Shown: piece by piece, positions 12,328 to 23,870 of the stretch
How positions within the stretch are numbered: position 1 is the stretch's first letter
Layout of the letters: each line of letters starts with the position of its first letter
Position numbers and translations under genes: made by a program
The notes under the pieces: model-generated
Seen by the model: only the letters and a program-made list of their open reading frames with translations
Databases searched by the model: none
Told to the model about the DNA's origin: nothing
Assembly: GCA_002269645.1 (NCBI GenBank)
Contig: NIVC01002235.1
Span: 62,001-126,000, forward strand
Reading direction: 5' to 3'
Length of the DNA stretch: 64,000 nt
Origin: Macrostomum lignano
Taxonomy: Eukaryota

Positions 12328-14335
12328 GCCCTCCAATCCCACTTTGAGAATCGCCCTCCAATCCCACTTTGAGAATCGCCCTCCAATCCCACTTTGAGAA
12401 TCGCCCTCCAATCCCACTTTGAGAATCGCCCTCCAATCCCACTTTGAGAATCGCCCTCCAATCCCACTTTGAGAATCGCCCTCCAATCCCACTTTGAGAA
12501 TCGCCCTCCAATCTCTCTTTGAGAATCGCCCTTCAATCCCACTTTGAGAATCGCCCTCCAATCCCACTTTGAGAATCGCCCTCCAATCCCTCTTTGAGAA
12601 TCACCCTCCAATCCCACTTTGAGAATCGCCCTTCAATCCCACTTTGAGAATCGCCCTCCAATCCCACTTTGAGAATCGCCCTCCAATCCCACTTTGAGAA
12701 TCGCCCTCCAATCCCTCTTTGAGAATCGCCCTCCAATCCCACTTTGAGAATCGCCCTCCAATCCCTCTTTGAGAATCGCCCTCCAATCCCACTTTGAGAA
12801 TCGCCCTCCAATCCCACTTTGAGAATCGCCCTCCAATCCCACTTTGAGAATCGCCCCCCAATCCCACTTTGAGAATCGCCTTCCAATCCCACTTTGAGAA
12901 TCGCCCTCCAATCCCACTTTGAGAATCGCCCTCCAATCCCACTTTGAGAATCGCCCCCCAATCCCACTTTGAGAATCGCCTTCCAATCCCACTTTGAGAA
13001 TCGCCCTCCAATCCCACTTTGAGAATCGCCTTCCAATCCCTCTTTGAGAATCGCCCTCCAATCCCACTTTGAGAATCGCCCTCCAATCCCACTTTGAGAA
13101 TCGCCCTCCAATCCCTCTTTGAGAATCGCCCTCCAATCCCACTTTGAGAATCGCCTTCCAATCCCACTTTGAGAATCGCCCTCCAATCCCACTTTGAGAA
13201 TCGCCCTCCAATCCCACTTTGAGAATCGCCCTCCAATCCCACTTTGAGAATCGCCCTCCAACCCCTCTTTGAAAATCGCCCTCCAATCCCACTTTGAGAA
13301 TCGCCCTCCAACCCCTCTTTGAGAATCGCCCTCCAATCCCACTTTGAGAATCGCCCTCCAACCCCTCTTTGAGAATCGCCCTCCAATCTCTCTTTGAGAA
13401 TCGCCCTCCAATCTCTCTTTGAGAATCGCCCTCCAATCCCACTTTGAGAATCGCCCTCCAATCCCACTTTGAGAATCGCCCTCCAATCTCTCTTTGAGAA
13501 TCGCCCTCCAATCCCACTTTGAGAATCGCCCTCCAATCCCACTTTGAGAATCGCCCTCCAATCCCACTTTGAGAATCGCCCTCCAATCCCACTTTGAGAA
13601 TCGCCCTCCAATCCCACTTTGAGAATCGCCCTCCAATCCCACTTTGAGAATCGCCCTCCAATCCCACTTTGAGAATCGCCCTCCAATCCCACTTTGAGAA
13701 TCGCCCTCCAATCCCACTTTGAGAATCGCCCTCCAATCTCTCTTTGAGAATCGCCCTCCAATCCCACTTTGAGAATCGCCCTCCAATCCCACTTTGAGAA
13801 TCGCCCTCCAATCCCACTTTGAGAATCGCCCTCCAATCTCTCTTTGAGAATCGCCCTCCAATCCCACTTTGAGAATCGCCCTCCAATCCCACTTTGAGAA
13901 TCGCCCTCCAATCCCACTTTGAGAATCGCCCTCCAATCCCACTTTGAGAATCGCCCTCCAATCCCACTTTGAGAATCGCCCTCCAATCCCACTTTGAGAA
14001 TCGCCCTCCAATCCCACTTTGAGAATCGCCCTCCAATCCCACTTTGAGAATCGCCCTCCAATCCCACTTTGAGAATCGCCCTCCAATCTCTCTTTGAGAA
14101 TCGCCCTCCAATCCCACTTTGAGAATCGCCCTCCAATCCCACTTTGAGAATCGCCCTCCAATCCCACTTTGAGAATCGCCCTCCAATCTCTCTTTGAGAA
14201 TCGCCCTCCAATCCCACTTTGAGAATCGCCCTCCAATCCCACTTTGAGAATCGCCCTCCAATCCCACTTTGAGAATCGCCCTCCAATTCCACTTTGAGAA
14301 TCGCCCTCCAATCCCACTTTGAGAATCGCCCCCCG
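12328..14335. repeat. 25-bp minisatellite CTCCAATCCCACTTTGAGAATCGCC (intron 8)
   Basis: About 80 highly homogeneous units. Confidence 0.98.
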
Positions 14336-14776
14336 GTCGCCTTCGAGAAATTACCTGTAATAAACTTAATTTTCTAATTACATTTGGTATTGAATCTGTT
14401 GGAATAATTCCCTACTTTTTAATTCTTTAAAGTAAAATCGGTACTTTATAACAAAATAGGCGTTACATACAGCATACACGAACTTGTCAATCAAATTTGC
14501 TTTTGCTGGTTTGTCGGTTTTGCATCTCAAATGGTTTTGAAAAGTTTGGTATGAAATCAAAACAAGTTTTTTTCTATTTTAAGCGCTTCAGGCAAATTAT
14601 TTATTTTGTTTATTTATTTATCCAACTTTGAAGCTTTTTCGTACGAGAAGTTTTTTGTCACCGGAATTAATTAGCAAATTTTGTAGAGTAGCATGTAAAG
14701 CGTTTTTTAGTTAAATTTAAAATTTAATACGTAAAAAATATAATATTTTAACTTCCATACAATTTCTTTAACGCAG

Positions 14777-14857
14777 GAATCTTGCTACTAGAAGTCAGCG
14801 GTTGCCACCGCAACGATTCAAGAGTGTCACCGAGCAGTCTGACGAATTCGGGTCTAG
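14777..14857 (+). CDS. BLTP1: BLTP1 coding exon 9 (81-nt symmetric mini-exon, absent from ORF track)
   Basis: aacgcag|G acceptor and AG|gtgagt donor; stop-free (R)NLATRSQRLPPQRFKSVTEQSDEFGS; phase 2/2 bridges exons 8 and 10. Confidence 0.7.
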
Positions 14858-14989
14858 GTGAGTGGTGGTAAAGCTATAAAAATAGTTGATATTTACGGGA
14901 CTTTGCTGACTGATTATCTTTTAGAAGAAGATTTGGAGCTAAGAGAATAAAAGAGAAACAGAGATAAAAGAGAGGAAGAAAATGAGATA

Positions 14990-16445
14990 GGATATAGAGA
15001 CGGTGAGATAGGAGAAAGAGACACGTGAGATGAGAGATAGAGACGGTGAAATAGAGATAGAGACAGTGAGATAGGAGATAGAGACGGTGAGATAGGAGAT
15101 AGAGACGGTGAGGTAGAAGATAGAGATGTTGAGATAGTAGAGGGAGAAGATGAGATACTCGTAGGAGATGGAGACAGTGAGATAGGAGATAGAGATGGTA
15201 AGATAAGAGATGGAGACAGTGAGCTAGGAGATAGAGACGGTGAGATAGGAGATCGAGACGGTGAGATAGGAGATAGAGACGGTGAGATAGGAGATGGAGA
15301 CGGTGAGGTACGGGATGTAGATAGTGAGATAGTAGAGGGAGACAGTGAGATAGGAGATAGAGATGATAAGATAAGAGATGGAGACAGTGAGCTAGGAGAT
15401 AGAGACGGTGAGATAGGAGATCGAGACGGTGAGATAGGAGATCGAGACGGTGAGATAGGAGATCGAGACGGTGAGATAGGAGATCGAGACGGTGAGATAG
15501 GAGATGGAGACGGTTTAATAGGAGATCGAGACGGTGAGATAGGAGATAGAGACGGTGAGATAGGAGATGGAGACGGTGAGATGGGAGATAAAGACGGTGA
15601 GATAGGAGATAGAAACGGTGAGGTACGGGATGTAGATAGTGAGATAGTAGAGGGAGACAGTGAGATAGGAGATAGAGATGGTAAGATAAGAAATGGAGAC
15701 AGTGAGCTAGGAGATAGAGACGGTGAGATAGGAGATGGAGACGGTGAGGTACGGGATGTAGATAGTGAGATAGTAGAGGGAGACAGTGAGATAGGAGATA
15801 GAGATGATAAGATAAGAGATGGAGACAGTGAGCTAGGAGATAGAGACGGTGAGATAGGAGATCGAGACGGTGAGATAGGAGATCGAGACGGTGAGATAGG
15901 AGATGGAGACGGTTTAATAGGAGATCGAGACGGTGAGATAGGAGATAGAGACGGTGAGATAGGAGATGGAGACGGTGAGATGGGAGATAAAGACGGTGAG
16001 ATAGGAGATAGAAACGGTGAGGTACGGGATGTAGATAGTGAGATAGTAGAGGGAGACAGTGAGATAGGAGATAGAGATGGTAAGATAAGAGATGGAGACA
16101 GTGAGCTAGGAGATAGAGACGGTGAGATAGGAGATCGAGACGGTGAGATAGGAGATCGAGACGGTGAGATAGGAGATGGAGACGGTTTAATAGGAGATAG
16201 AGACGGTGAGATAGGAGATCGAGACGGTGAGATAGGAGATCGAGACGGTGAGATAGGAGATGGAGACGGTGAGATGGGAGATAAAGACGGTGAGATAGGA
16301 GATCGAGACGGTGAGATAGGAGATGGAGACGGTGAGATGGGAGATAAAGACGGTGAGATAGGAGATAGAGACGGTGAGATAGGAGATGGAGACGGTGAGA
16401 TGGGAGATAAAGACGGTGAGATAGGAGATAGAAACGGTGAGATAA
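14990..16445. repeat. 21-bp purine-rich minisatellite GAGATAGAGACGGTGAGATAG with higher-order blocks (intron 9)
   Basis: Tandem units; variant blocks recur. Confidence 0.95.
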
Positions 16446-16500
16446 GGGAGTCAGAATGTCAACTTAATCCTCCAATCCCCACCCCACGCCGTCAACTCAG

Positions 16501-16936
16501 CGATGACGTGTACTCGCACACCCTGGCAACTGTGCCATCGGCCGACGGCAGTCTGACCGCCGATTTGCCGCCAACTCCGCCGCCAAGACTTCGAAGTTTT
16601 GGCGCCGACGGTGCCGGAACCGCCGCATCCGGGGGCGTTGATTTTGACGAAGATTATTCACCCACATCGTCAGCTAATGAGCCGCTGCGCAGCCTGGACC
16701 TGTCTGTTATAGTTCGAGTCAACTCGGGCAAATGCCTGCTGCACCCGAGGCCGGCGGCGGCGAACGTCCGGCCGGGTCAGCAGCACGTCAAACCGTCTGT
16801 GCTGTCCGCTACGGCTTCGTGCGTTAGCGACTGCGGCGAGGAAGCCATCGGCGCTTTTGGCGGCCTGGAGAATCCGCAGCAGGATCGGGAGGAGCTTCTA
16901 GCTCGGTATAAGAAGTATAGAAGCTACCCCGGTCAG
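16501..16936 (+). CDS. BLTP1: BLTP1 coding exon 10
   Basis: ctcag|C and CAG|gtgagt; 436 nt, phase 2/0; LDLSVIVRVNSGKCLLHP resembles KIAA1109 LDIRVEIDSGKCVLHP. Confidence 0.9.
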
Positions 16937-16959
16937 GTGAGTCTTTCGCCGCTCTTCAG

Positions 16960-17745
16960 ACGTCCCCCATTTTTGGAGGAAATCCGCTCTTTCCGCCCCC
17001 CTCACTTTTGGAAGAAATCCGCTCTTTCCGCCCCCCTCACTTTTGGAAGAAATCCGCTCTTTCCGCCCCCCTCATTTTTGGAGGAAATCCGCTCTTTCCG
17101 CCCTCATTTTTAGAGGAAATCCGCTCTTTCCGCCCCCCCCCCCTCATTTTTTGAGAAAATCCGCTCTTTCCGCCCCCCCCCTCATTTTTGGAGGAAATCC
17201 GCTCTTCCGCCCCCCCCCCTCATTTTTGGAGGAAATCCGCTTTTTCTGCCCCCCCCTCATTTTTGGAGGAAATCCGCTCTTTCCGCCCCCCCCTCATTTT
17301 TGGAGGAAATCCGCTCTTCCGCCCCCCCCCCTCATTTTTGGAGGAAATCCGCTTTTTCTGCCCCCCCCCTTTGGAGGGAATCCGCTCTTTCCGTCCCCCC
17401 TCATTTTTTGAGAAAGTCCGCTCTTTCCGCCCCCCCTCATTTTTTGAGAAAGTCCGCTCTTTCCGCCCCCCCCCCTCATTTTTTGAGAAAATCCGCTCTT
17501 CCGCCCCCCTCACTTTTGGAAGAAATCCGCTCTTTCCGCCCCCCCCCCATTTCTCGGAGAAAATCGGTTCTTTCCGCCCTCTCATTTTTGGAGGAAATCC
17601 GCTCTTCCGCCCCTCACTTTTGGAGGAAATCCGCTCTTTCCGCCCTCTCATTTTTGGAGGAAATCCGCTCTTCCGCCCCCCTTACTTTTGGAGGAAATCC
17701 GCTCTCTCCGCCCCTCCCCCATTTTTGGAGGAAATCCACTCTTTA
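16960..17745. repeat. About 35-bp minisatellite TTTTGGAGGAAATCCGCTCTTTCCGCCCCCCCTCAT (intron 10)
   Basis: Tandem units with a variable C-run. Confidence 0.95.
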
Positions 17746-17898
17746 GCTCCCGTAATTCGTAAAATATACTTACGCATTTTTATCTACACTAACATTCTTT
17801 TTTCGCCTAATATTACCTCGCAACAGTTTTACGAGTCGTACTTTAATATTTACCTAACTACTCATTACAATCCTCCGCTTCTCTCCCTATCTGTCCAG

Positions 17899-18309
17899 GT
17901 CACCGAAATCACCGAATTCGTCATCCCCGCGCTAGACGTCGATTGTCGCTACGTGTCTGACGCCGATTCGTCTACTCGCCGACGCAAAGACAACGTCTAC
18001 GCTAGTTTTGTCCTGCAGTCTTTGTCTCGCGAGATGCTGGTCAGGCCAACTCTGCTAGACTATTTGGAACAATCGTTGGAACCGTTGCCAACTTTTTTTA
18101 CCGACGTATTCCCGGACGATACCGGATCAGATGACAAGTCTACGATGCTGACGGCGGCCGGGGATCGCGAGGATAGCTTCGATGTGCCAGTCGATGTTGT
18201 TGTTGCTATCCGAGTTGAACCGTCAACTGTACGATTCTCCTGTACCAGCGTTGAATGCTCGATTCTCCTGCCGGAAGTGGATCTGGTGTTCTCAACGCAA
18301 AGGAATCAG
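17899..18309 (+). CDS. BLTP1: BLTP1 coding exon 11
   Basis: gtccag|GTC and CAG|gtttgt; 411 nt; LLDYLEQSLE and PVDVVVAIRVEPSTVRFSC are KIAA1109-like. Confidence 0.92.
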
Positions 18310-18367
18310 GTTTGTAATTTGGAGAGGCATCTTAGCCGATATGTATCGAAACATGCGTTATATGTAT

Positions 18368-18660
18368 AGGGGTTGTAGCCTAGTGGTTAGAGCGTCAGGC
18401 TCGCGACTTGAAGGTCGGGGTTCGATTCCCGATCCCACTCGAAACAATTTGTGTCTTTGAGCAAGACTTAACTCTGCACTGCTTCAGTTCACCCAGCTGT
18501 AAAATGGGTGCCAGCATTAGCTGGGGGTAATTGAGGGTGTGTGTGGCGACCCCCCAATCCTTGGACTGAACAGCCGTACGCAGTCTTCAGATGCGCCGCG
18601 CAATAGCTGCGGCTGAGCTGTCGGTTGCACATCTGGCCATTAGGGCAGGTGTAGTCAATT
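18368..18660 (+). mobile_element. tRNA-derived SINE family A (CORE-like central domain), copy 1 in BLTP1 intron 11
   Basis: Pol III A-box TAGCCTAGTGG, B-box GGTTCGATTCC, CORE-like ttgagcaagac...cagctgtaaaatggg; second copy at 39201-39470. Confidence 0.85.
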
Positions 18661-18952
18661 TTTATTTTTATTATCGAAACAAAAAATGAGTGTGCGTCAC
18701 CATATATAGCCTATCCTATAGATTAAGCAAAAGTTTAGCCGATATGTATCGATAGTTATTTCATTTTCTTGAATATGATTCAGTTATTCTTATATCACAA
18801 CCAAGCCTATAACAAGAGGCTCGAATTATTTTTGCCGATATGTATCGACAATTATTTCATTTTCAAAATCCTATAAGACGACAAACCGAATAAGAAATTA
18901 TGATGTTTTAATCGTACTACTTATAAACTACTCATTAATTCAAATTTCTCAG

Positions 18953-19416
18953 GAGGGCCCAAATCCGGCTACATCTGGCGGCGGCCTGCTGGCCTCGTCG
19001 TCTCCACATCGACCGCAGTCGCCCCAACCCGGTCTGAGCGGCTCTGGCACAAGTTTGGCCAGTCGGACACTGTCCGAGAGTAGCGGCCTCCGCATGACCG
19101 GCTGTCTGCGCGGTTTCTCAGTCTACGTCTATCGAATCAACGTACTGCAACGCGATCGCGAACGGAGCAGCTTCGATCCGGCTAAGCACGGCGCCGATTC
19201 GCCCCTACAGTTGATTGTACGCGACATCTGCGTCGATTTGTCCCGATCAAGAGAGGCCGCCGTCACTGTAGACAGAAGTGGAGTCTCCCGATTGCACAAT
19301 AAAATCACGCTTAGCGCTCTGTGTTCGCTATCTGATGCTAAATTTGAGCACAATGTTGTTATGCTCTCGGACATACTCGAGTTTCCAAAGAGCTGGTATC
19401 GTCGGGCTCTGGTTAG
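18953..19416 (+). CDS. BLTP1: BLTP1 coding exon 12
   Basis: ttctcag|GAG and AG|gtaaga; 464 nt, phase 0/2; LSDILEFPKSWYRR resembles LSEILAFPRAWYRR. Confidence 0.92.
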
Positions 19417-19429
19417 GTAAGATGTTAAA

Positions 19430-19700
19430 ACGTGGCGATATGTATCGAAAAATACTCTATGGCGATATGTATCGAAAAGTACTTTATGGCGATATGTATC
19501 GAAAAATACTTTTTGGCAATATGTATCGTAAAATATTTTTTTCGGGGAAATGTATCGAAAAACACTTTTCGGCGATATATATCGAAAAAATTTTCGGTGA
19601 TATGTATCGAAAAATGCTTTTTGGGGATATGTATCGAAAAGTACTTTATGGTGATATGTATCGAAAAGTACTTTATGGCGATATGTATCGAAAAATACTT
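19430..19700. repeat. About 30-35-bp array built on GGCGATATGTATCGAAAA (intron 12)
   Basis: About 8 copies of the CGATATGTATCG core. Confidence 0.85.
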
Positions 19701-19765
19701 TTAGGCAGTATGCATCGGAAATGCGTCTAACGTGTCTAAAAAAATTCTGTGCTTTCCTGTTTCAG

Positions 19766-20060
19766 GCGCCTATTTCTTGGTGAAGAGTCCAAACCGCAGG
19801 TGTCCTCAGCTGCACCGGCCGCCAAATCAACCTGGGAGACTCTGGTCCTATTCAGCATGTCGGTGGACACGGTCCAGGTGCGCCTGTCGCTATTAAAAAC
19901 TCTTGGCACGGTGGTCTGGGAGACTCGAGACCTGCGCACTCACGGCCGCCTGCTCATGGACTCGAATGAATCGCCGCAGCTGCAGAGCAACGATTGGAAA
20001 ATGGCGGTGACCATTGGTCGATCCCAGCTGTCTACTACTCAAATTACCAGCTCTATTCAG
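19766..20060 (+). CDS. BLTP1: BLTP1 coding exon 13
   Basis: gtttcag|G and CAG|gtaatt; 295 nt, phase 2/0; contains RRLFLG, WETLVLF and GRSQL. Confidence 0.92.
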
Positions 20061-20597
20061 GTAATTATAGTAGTTCAATAGCCGATATGTATCGAAAATT
20101 CGTTTCTTAGACAGAAAAAGTTTCAAAATTTATCGAAACGTCACAAAACTTACCAACGAAGCACTCGTAGTTTTACAGCTGATATTTCCTAATTCCGATA
20201 TGTAACGAAAAATGTATAATTAAATTTTCATTGAAAGCATTCGCAAAGTTCAAGCGACGATAGGCATTGGAATATGGAATATGTGCGACGATAATAGTCT
20301 CTATTTTAATAACTAAACATCAGTTTAGTATCGGCACTGCACGTACCGATATGTATCGAAATTTAACGCCGGTTTTTATTGAAGACAAGCACTATGTTCC
20401 TATGAATTAAAAAAATTCAATGCAAATGAGTTTTTTTGGACCTATTGTTAATGTATTTTTATGTATGTTGCTAAATGCATGAATGTGTAATGCTATCAGC
20501 ATTTATTTGGATATATATTACTATACTCGTCGTATGCCGATATGTATCGAAGAATAGTATATCTCAATGCATACAATATAAGCAAGAAGTATTTTTG

Positions 20598-20845
20598 GGA
20601 CGCTGTAGCCCAGTGGTCTGGTGCGGCGCTCTGATGTGCCAGCGGCCCAGGCTCGATTCCAAGTGCAGTCACTTTAATTTGGGGCTGAATTGGAATCTCG
20701 GCTTGGCTCTGCTCGAGCAATTAACGGCCTTGAGTGCCAACCCCCATGGCACAGTGAAGTGTACATGCCTAACGATAAATAAAGTTAGGGCCGCTGTGCA
20801 CTCCTGTGTGAGTGTGTGCACACAGCCCCTGTATATAATATAAAA
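20598..20845 (+). mobile_element. Putative tRNA-derived SINE family B in BLTP1 intron 13
   Basis: A-box GTAGCCCAGTGG and B-box-like GGCTCGATTCC, with a GC-richer body ending in an AT-rich tail; single copy in the window. Confidence 0.55.
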
Positions 20846-20896
20846 ACCAGCATTTAATATTTATACGCCGATATGTATCGAAATTGCCGTATGCAG

Positions 20897-21358
20897 GTGG
20901 CTACCTTTCTGCAAAATCTTCACGCCTGGGTTCACGTGCTCGAACCGCGCGGCTCGGCGCCGAAGCATTCGTTTGGCGTCCAACTATCCGCACTGGAGCT
21001 CAATCTGCAGTTCCTAGGCCTGCACATCCTGTTTGCACAGCTCAGCGGCTTGGATGCCTCATTCCGGGACCAGTGGATTGTTCGGGACAGCACAGACGAT
21101 CATGTTGGCACTCAGCGACCTCTGTCCGTGTCAGTCAGCGGTCACCTAGTCTGGGACCAGATGCACCTGCTAATGAACCAGTACACCTCGTCTCACTTAG
21201 TTAGCACCTTCGATAAATTACACAATTTCTACACCACCTCTTTTAAGAAGCCATTTGTTGAGCTTAATGACGAGTTTAAATTCACCATCGAAGAGCTGCC
21301 TGGCAAGAGGAACAGCCAGTCCAAAGCTGAGCACGGGGTGCATCATCGGCACTGGCAG
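20897..21358 (+). CDS. BLTP1: BLTP1 coding exon 14
   Basis: atgcag|GTG and CAG|gtaggg; 462 nt; contains GHLVWDQ and HHRHW (human HHRHWP). Confidence 0.9.
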
Positions 21359-21464
21359 GTAGGGGCAAAATTTTTTGTGCGAAATATTCATTTTTACTAC
21401 TGTGTACACGATGAGTAGTTTTGTTCAGAGATTATCCTTAATTTTGTCCACAGATGCTAAAATT

Positions 21465-21835
21465 ACAACTAACAATTTAACTAGATGTACACAAGCGAAT
21501 GAAAGACCTAGAGGGCAGGCTCAATCTAGCTGAGCCAATGAGAGAGCAGTAAGGAGAGAGGTCAAAGTCAGACGGACGAACCTCAGCCTAGGGGCGGGGA
21601 CGGGCCCAAACTAGCTCAGCCAATGAGAGAAGTAGGGAGAGAGGTCAAAGTCAGACGGACCAAACAGCCTAGGGGAAGGCCTAATCTGGCTCAGCCAATG
21701 AGAGAGCAGTAAGGAGAGAGGTAAAAGTCAGACACAAGCGGGCAAGAAAAAAGCCTATCTGTTTATCGGCCTGGCTAGGTCGCCACCCCTTTTCTCTCTT
21801 GCTCGCTATGCACACGCACTGGATTTGGCTTTTTC
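21465..21835 (+). repeat. Dispersed repeat (about 370 bp, internal AGCCAATGAGAGAGCAGTAAGGAGAGAGG subrepeats), copy 1
   Basis: Diverged reverse-complement match to 25055-25430. Confidence 0.85.
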
Positions 21836-22297
21836 AAGTTTTCCAGCAGTTTTCAGTCTTAACTTAACTCAGTTATGTAAAGTTCAAGTCTGGGGCTGTC
21901 TAGAGTCGGGTAAAAAGAGGATGAAGATTCTGATTTAATGGATCAAATTATAGAAAGCTAGAGGCGATGAAACAAGGCAGATGAAACAAAGGTGTAGATA
22001 AGTGCATTTTTGTGAGTGACATATCTAGTGAATTATGGTAAATGTACTTTTGTCTGAAGAAATATCGTTTAGAGAAAAATTTAGTTAAAATTGCCTTTGA
22101 GGATAAGTTTTTATTCGTTGTTTTTCTGTCGTTAAAAATTACAAAGAAAAAGCTAGCATTTCTACTGATGATAGGGTATAAGTAGTGTAATTTAGACGTG
22201 GCTTTTAATTTTCGATGTAACATTTTTCTTTCATCTACTTATTAATGCAAAGCTGAATAGTATAAATCGATTTACTCTATCCACGCACACTATTCAG

Positions 22298-22729
22298 CTA
22301 CCCACGATTGTCCTACAAAACGCGAAATTACGAATGGCGCCAAAACCGAACTCGGATCATCCGAATCTCTACGGCGAACTAAAAATGCACGGTCGCCATT
22401 CCGCTCTGGCACTGTTCCAAGGCGACTTCTCAGCCAGGCGTTGGGGCGTGTTTATGCTGCGCGATCTGCAATTGAGCTTCGAATCCGAGGCCAGGCACAA
22501 GTTCGACTTGGAGGACAGCCGATTGGACCTGAGACAGTTGGATCTGTGCATCAATCAGCAGTTAAAATGCTCACTTGGCGGCGATATTCGACAGGATCGA
22601 AGCCAGAAAATTCTAGCCGTAATTGCCTGCGTTAGCAATCAGAATAACAAGCATCCGTCACTGACTAACGCGGTTGCTAGGCAGTGGTTTCAGTATAGCA
22701 TCGGCTGCGTCTGCTCCGAGGATATGCAG
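22298..22729 (+). CDS. BLTP1: BLTP1 coding exon 15
   Basis: attcag|CTA and CAG|gtgagg; 432 nt; GELKMHGRHSALALFQG resembles GSMSLHGNHMTLACFHG. Confidence 0.9.
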
Positions 22730-22764
22730 GTGAGGCTTTGGCGCTTATGTGCTAGTTGTTTTTT

Positions 22765-23140
22765 ATATTAGCCGATATGTATCGAATTACACATAATCAG
22801 TCTTCATATAGTTGTTGTTTTATATTAGCCGATATGTATCGAAGTACACATAACCGCAGTCTACATATTGTTTTATATATTAGCTGATATATATCGAAGT
22901 AAACATAACCGCAGTTTACATATACAGTAGTTGCTTTTCATATTAGCCGATATGTATCGAAGTGAACATACTCGTAATCACAGTCTACATATAGTTGTTT
23001 TTTTATATTAGCCGATTTGTATCAAAGTACACATAACCTCAGTCTACATATTGTTTTATATATTAGCCGACATTTATCGAAGTACATATAATCACAGCCT
23101 ACATGTACATTAATTTTATATATTAGCCGATATGTATCGA
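22765..23140. repeat. About 58-bp array built on TATTAGCCGATATGTATCGAAGT (intron 15)
   Basis: About 7 diverged units. Confidence 0.85.
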
Positions 23141-23183
23141 AAATAACTTATAAAAAATTATCTGTCCACGCTACTCTGACTAG

Positions 23184-23870
23184 GCCTTCCCCAAGCTGGA
23201 GTACATCAATCCGCCAGAGCTGGCCGGCCGAGCGCCCGCCAGTTTCCCGGTCACGCCGGAGTACATCTTCCGCTTGCCGCAGCTGCAGATTGTCCTCATC
23301 ACGGATCACGATCAGACGTACGCTGTGCCCCGTTTAGATGGCGATCGGCCAGTGGTGCAGTGCACTTTTATCGGCTCCAGCACCGGCAACATTATCTATA
23401 GCAACAATAGCCAGCACCTGCTGTTCCTTCGCAATCTAATTCTGGACAGCATTGGCGAGACTCGGTCGGCTCGAAGCGCCAAAGAGTCGGACGAAGGCGC
23501 CTCTGCAGCGGCCGCCGACGCCACCAGCACGCAGAGTCCGTTGCTGCGCGATTTTCGGGCCTTTCAAACTCGCCAATTCGATAGCACGTTTCGTATTCGA
23601 ACCCAGGAGACTAGCTCCTCGAATATTGTTGTGCTGGACTATATATTGAACAATATCGGTATCAAGCACTTCAAAGAGACCATACCGAAATGGATTCAAC
23701 GGGGCCTAATGGACAATCTAGATTCGGTCCTGGCCGGCCTCATGCACAAATCCATCGACTACATGACCGAGGGCGGCTGTCAGGAGGACGAGGAAGAGCT
23801 GCTGGGCTCCGCCGCCGCTTCAAGCGTTGCCACTTCGTCGCTGGCTACTGCTGTTGTGAAATCGAAATGA
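23184..23870 (+). CDS. BLTP1: BLTP1 terminal coding exon 16 (FSA_C / KIAA1109 C-terminus)
   Basis: gactag|GCC acceptor, TGA stop at 23868-23870; LDYILNNIGIKHFKETIPKWIQRGLMDNLDSVL resembles VDYILQKLGFHHARTTIPKWLQRGVMDPLDKVL. Confidence 0.95.
   Translation, partial: AFPKLEYINPPELAGRAPASFPVTPEYIFRLPQLQIVLITDHDQTYAVPRLDGDRPVVQCTFIGSSTGNIIYSNNSQHLLFLRNLILDSIGETRSARSAKESDEGASAAAADATSTQSPLLRDFRAFQTRQFDSTFRIRTQETSSSNIVVLDYILNNIGIKHFKETIPKWIQRGLMDNLDSVLAGLMHKSIDYMTEGGCQEDEEELLGSAAASSVATSSLATAVVKSK

Noticed and set aside
12275-14317. Three long minus-strand ORFs (544-594 aa, GLEGDSQSGIGGRFSKWDWRAILKV repeats)
   Set aside because: A stop-free 25-bp unit cycles through all three frames; the ORFs are antisense inside BLTP1 intron 8 and are a translation artefact.
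12328-14335. Possible CRISPR-like array (25-52 bp repeats here and at 5981-7035)
   Set aside because: Units are head-to-tail with no unique spacers, there are no cas genes, and the context is a eukaryotic intron.
15581-16500. Acidic GDRDGEI repeat in frame with BLTP1 exon 10
   Set aside because: A 21-bp unit is in frame by chance one time in three; the phase-2 acceptor at 16500/1 matches the upstream exon, and no homologous repeat is known to me in BLTP1.
18368-18445. tRNA gene-like sequence
   Set aside because: It continues into a SINE body shared with 39201-39470, so it is a SINE head; no convincing full cloverleaf.
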